Virus record (IMG/VR): IMGVR_UViG_3300037310_000278 | Span: 1 to 44,580 of that record | Direction: 5' to 3' (one strand) | Source: a virus | Taxonomy: Duplodnaviria; Caudoviricetes | Length of the DNA stretch: 44,580 nucleotides | Shown here: one piece after another, positions 42,571 through 44,580 of the stretch | How the letters are laid out: the number at the start of each line of letters is the position of its first letter | Position numbering within the stretch: the stretch's first letter is position 1 | The notes under the pieces: model-generated | What the model saw: the letters and a program-made list of their open reading frames with translations, nothing else | The model's database searches: none | What the model was told of the DNA's origin: nothing | Program-made: the position numbers and the translations under genes

Positions 42571-44580
42571 AATATCCCGGCCGAGGTGAAGTCAATGGCG
42601 CTGTCCTTCCACGCCAGGGACGACCAGCTTCCCGACGTGGTCGCGGCAAGCTGCGCTTCGAACGCGGCGATAGCCGCGTCGAGGCCAGGCACATCGGAGG
42701 CTTGCATGGCGCCGCGCGCAATGGCGTCCTTGGCGAAGTACTTGAGCCCCGCATACATGCGGAACAGATAGGCACGCTGCGACGACGATATTTCGTTGAA
42801 ATTCAGCGTCGAGAACACGGTGTTGTCGATCTGGTAGTCGACAAAACCGTCCTCGTCGGCGTAGGGGATCGGCACGCCGCTTTGCCGCCATTTGTAGGCC
42901 GACGTCTGCGCGAACGTGCCGTAGTAGCCAAGCGCGCCGCCGATGCGACCAAATTTGAGGATATGCTGCCGCGTCCAGCGGATCAGCATTTTCGGCTTGC
43001 CCTTCAACGCCAACAGGTAGGACAGCTCGCCGCCGTAGCGGCAGTACATGAACCACGAAATGGCGATTGACGCCTGATTGTGGTCAAGCGCGCTGTATAT
43101 CTTGAGCGGCAGGTACTCGTCGCTACCAGGCACACCAAGCGCGTCTTGCGCGTCGATGCGCGCCGCCCAGTCGTTGGTGGTGTCCTCGTACATTTTCAGG
43201 TTGCGGTCTTGCGGCCAAACGATCGGCCCGCTGACATTCAGCGCGAGGTCGCTGGCCACCCAGGCCGCAATCTGGTTGTTGAGCGTGAAGCGCTGGTAGT
43301 TGAAGCGACAGCGATAGCTGACGCCGTTGATACCTTCGTACTGGCCGGCGGCGCCGAAAGCCACGATACCCTGCATGAGGATCGCCGCGCGGGGGTCGCC
43401 GGTGGCCAGCCAATAGGCAAAGCCGTGGTTAAACTGGTGCGCGTTGTCGCGGCCATGCGGATAGTTGCTGGTCGTGTTGGCCTGCAATTCGCTGATGTAC
43501 GGATAATCCGCCGGACATTGCCATTCGAGACCGCTCGTCTGCCAATAGTCCGTTCCCGGTCGCGTGCCGGCCGTCGTGTAGCCAAGGTCGCCGGCAAACG
43601 GGATTTGCGGATCGCGCAGCCGATGATGATTGGCCGAAATCATGGCCATGCGGCCAAGGCTAAGGCCGTAGCCAACGTCCGCGCGGATGCGCTCCAGATA
43701 GACGCCGAAAGCCGTGACGTTGCCAGCCAGCGCCGCGCCGATCAGGCCCATGTCGGTTTGCGAAATCCAGCCGCGCGAGCTGTCATCGTCGCCGGCGCCG
43801 CCGTTGACGTTGCCGATGAAATTATTGAAGCTGGAATTCTTGCCGTAAATCCGGTCCGGCCGGTAGCCGATCGGGTACAGGTCCTTGCGCGTGCCGCCAC
43901 CCGTCGAGCCGCTTGGCGCGCCAGTGCCGAAAGACAGGGTGAAGGGCCAGCCATTGGCCACGGTCGGCAGGCAGGGCAGCGCCCGCTTCGCGGATACCGC
44001 CGCCACAAGCCGGTCGAGCGCGCCGGCCGGGTCGCGCAAGTGCATCATCGTGGCGCACTTGATGGCGCCTTGCGAAACGCGCACCGTGCGGGCGTCGCCT
44101 TCCACCGAGCAAGTGTGCAGGTTCTCCAGAATGCTGGCGGTCGAGGCGTCCGGATAGCGGGCGAACAGAATGTCCCAAGCGTTCTCGTAGCCCGCGCCAA
44201 CGCCTTTCAGTAGGTAGGCTTTGCCGTCGTAAGTTTCGCCCAGGTAGAACAGCGGATAGCTTCCGGATGGTGTGGCGATTTGTTCCAGCGGCTCCGGCGT
44301 ACGCAGCGTGCCGTCGACATAGACCCCTGTCGGCGTCGGCGTTGGCGTTGGCGTTGGCGTCGGCGTTGGCGTTGGCGTTGGCGTTGGCGTTGGCGTTGGC
44401 GTTGGCGTTGGCGTTGGCGTTGGCGTTGGCGTTGGCGTTGGTGTCGGCGTTGGTGTCGGTGTCGGTGTCGGTGTCGGGATCACTTCCGTGGTGACGTCCT
44501 CGCCAACCGGATTGCCGACGGCATTGTTCCAGCGCGCCGCGAAAATGCCCTTGATGCCGGTCGTCGCCAGGAGCGCGCTG
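42567..44580 (-). CDS. C-terminal part of the large PT-linker protein; ~590-aa aromatic-rich globular region, possibly glycan-active
   Basis: Frame is open to the right edge and continuous with 1-1203; GTGA overlap with the terL start; motif RDNAHQFNHGFAYWLATGD. Confidence 0.8.
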   Translation of the reverse strand, partial: SALLATTGIKGIFAARWNNAVGNPVGEDVTTEVIPTPTPTPTPTPTPTPTPTPTPTPTPTPTPTPTPTPTPTPTPTPTPTPTPTGVYVDGTLRTPEPLEQIATPSGSYPLFYLGETYDGKAYLLKGVGAGYENAWDILFARYPDASTASILENLHTCSVEGDARTVRVSQGAIKCATMMHLRDPAGALDRLVAAVSAKRALPCLPTVANGWPFTLSFGTGAPSGSTGGGTRKDLYPIGYRPDRIYGKNSSFNNFIGNVNGGAGDDDSSRGWISQTDMGLIGAALAGNVTAFGVYLERIRADVGYGLSLGRMAMISANHHRLRDPQIPFAGDLGYTTAGTRPGTDYWQTSGLEWQCPADYPYISELQANTTSNYPHGRDNAHQFNHGFAYWLATGDPRAAILMQGIVAFGAAGQYEGINGVSYRCRFNYQRFTLNNQIAAWVASDLALNVSGPIVWPQDRNLKMYEDTTNDWAARIDAQDALGVPGSDEYLPLKIYSALDHNQASIAISWFMYCRYGGELSYLLALKGKPKMLIRWTRQHILKFGRIGGALGYYGTFAQTSAYKWRQSGVPIPYADEDGFVDYQIDNTVFSTLNFNEISSSQRAYLFRMYAGLKYFAKDAIARGAMQASDVPGLDAAIAAFEAQLAATTSGSWSSLAWKDSAIDFTSAGIL
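44328..44477 (-). repeat. (Pro-Thr)25 linker, mainly 6-bp unit ccaacg on the - strand
   Basis: 150 nt encoding 25 PT pairs. Confidence 0.95.
44455..44580. repeat. 126-bp direct repeat, right copy (circularisation overlap)
   Basis: Identical to 65-190. Confidence 0.95.

Larger units (their letters stand above)
1..44580. mobile_element. Near-complete circularly permuted podovirus genome, BPP-1/APSE-like organisation
   Basis: Contains a full set of terminase, portal, capsid, tail tubular, lysis and PolA/VRR-NUC/SNF2/primase genes; the window ends overlap; no host genes seen. Confidence 0.93.

Noticed and set aside
19752-43597. Long + strand ORFs such as 19752-21320, 23608-26211, 37230-38624 and 40708-42240
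   Set aside because: Antisense shadows of well-supported - strand genes in GC-rich DNA, with no recognisable motifs
1-44580. Genome-wide TAG recoding
   Set aside because: Portal, scaffold, adaptor, nozzle and other genes end normally at TAG, and core genes are unbroken in the standard code

Overview
The window is an essentially complete, circularly permuted ~44.4 kb GC-rich podovirus genome with BPP-1/APSE-like gene content; nt 65-190 recur at 44455-44580. The + strand (3.8-17.7 kb) holds promoter-bounded early cassettes, a Cro-like HTH, a primase-polymerase/VirE-type helicase, a DUF2800-type exonuclease, a DUF2815-type SSB, a family A DNA polymerase, a VRR-NUC nuclease and an SNF2 helicase. 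The - strand holds TerS, a three-gene accessory insert (including a ~1000-aa Pro-Thr-linker protein split across the window ends), TerL, portal, scaffold, capsid, cement, tail tubular proteins, internal virion proteins (M23 peptidase, 2478-aa polyvalent protein), a tail fibre and a GH108/spanin lysis cassette. I saw no integrase, CI-type repressor, reverse transcriptase/DGR, tRNA or CRISPR array. The most notable unannotated signal is a candidate regulatory circuit in non-coding DNA. (1) A TAACC-N4-GGTTA operator sits inside five early promoters. (2) A GAACTTGWGCRC-N12-TA motif precedes five late gene blocks. (3) Two tandem, promoter- and terminator-bounded structured RNA candidates lie at 10.3-10.85 kb; one begins with a 12-mer exactly complementary to the TTTCAGGAGAAC ribosome-binding motif shared by several early/replication genes. 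An iteron plus DnaA-box origin candidate lies at 3.28-3.65 kb. All family assignments come from motif recognition and synteny by eye, not from database searches.
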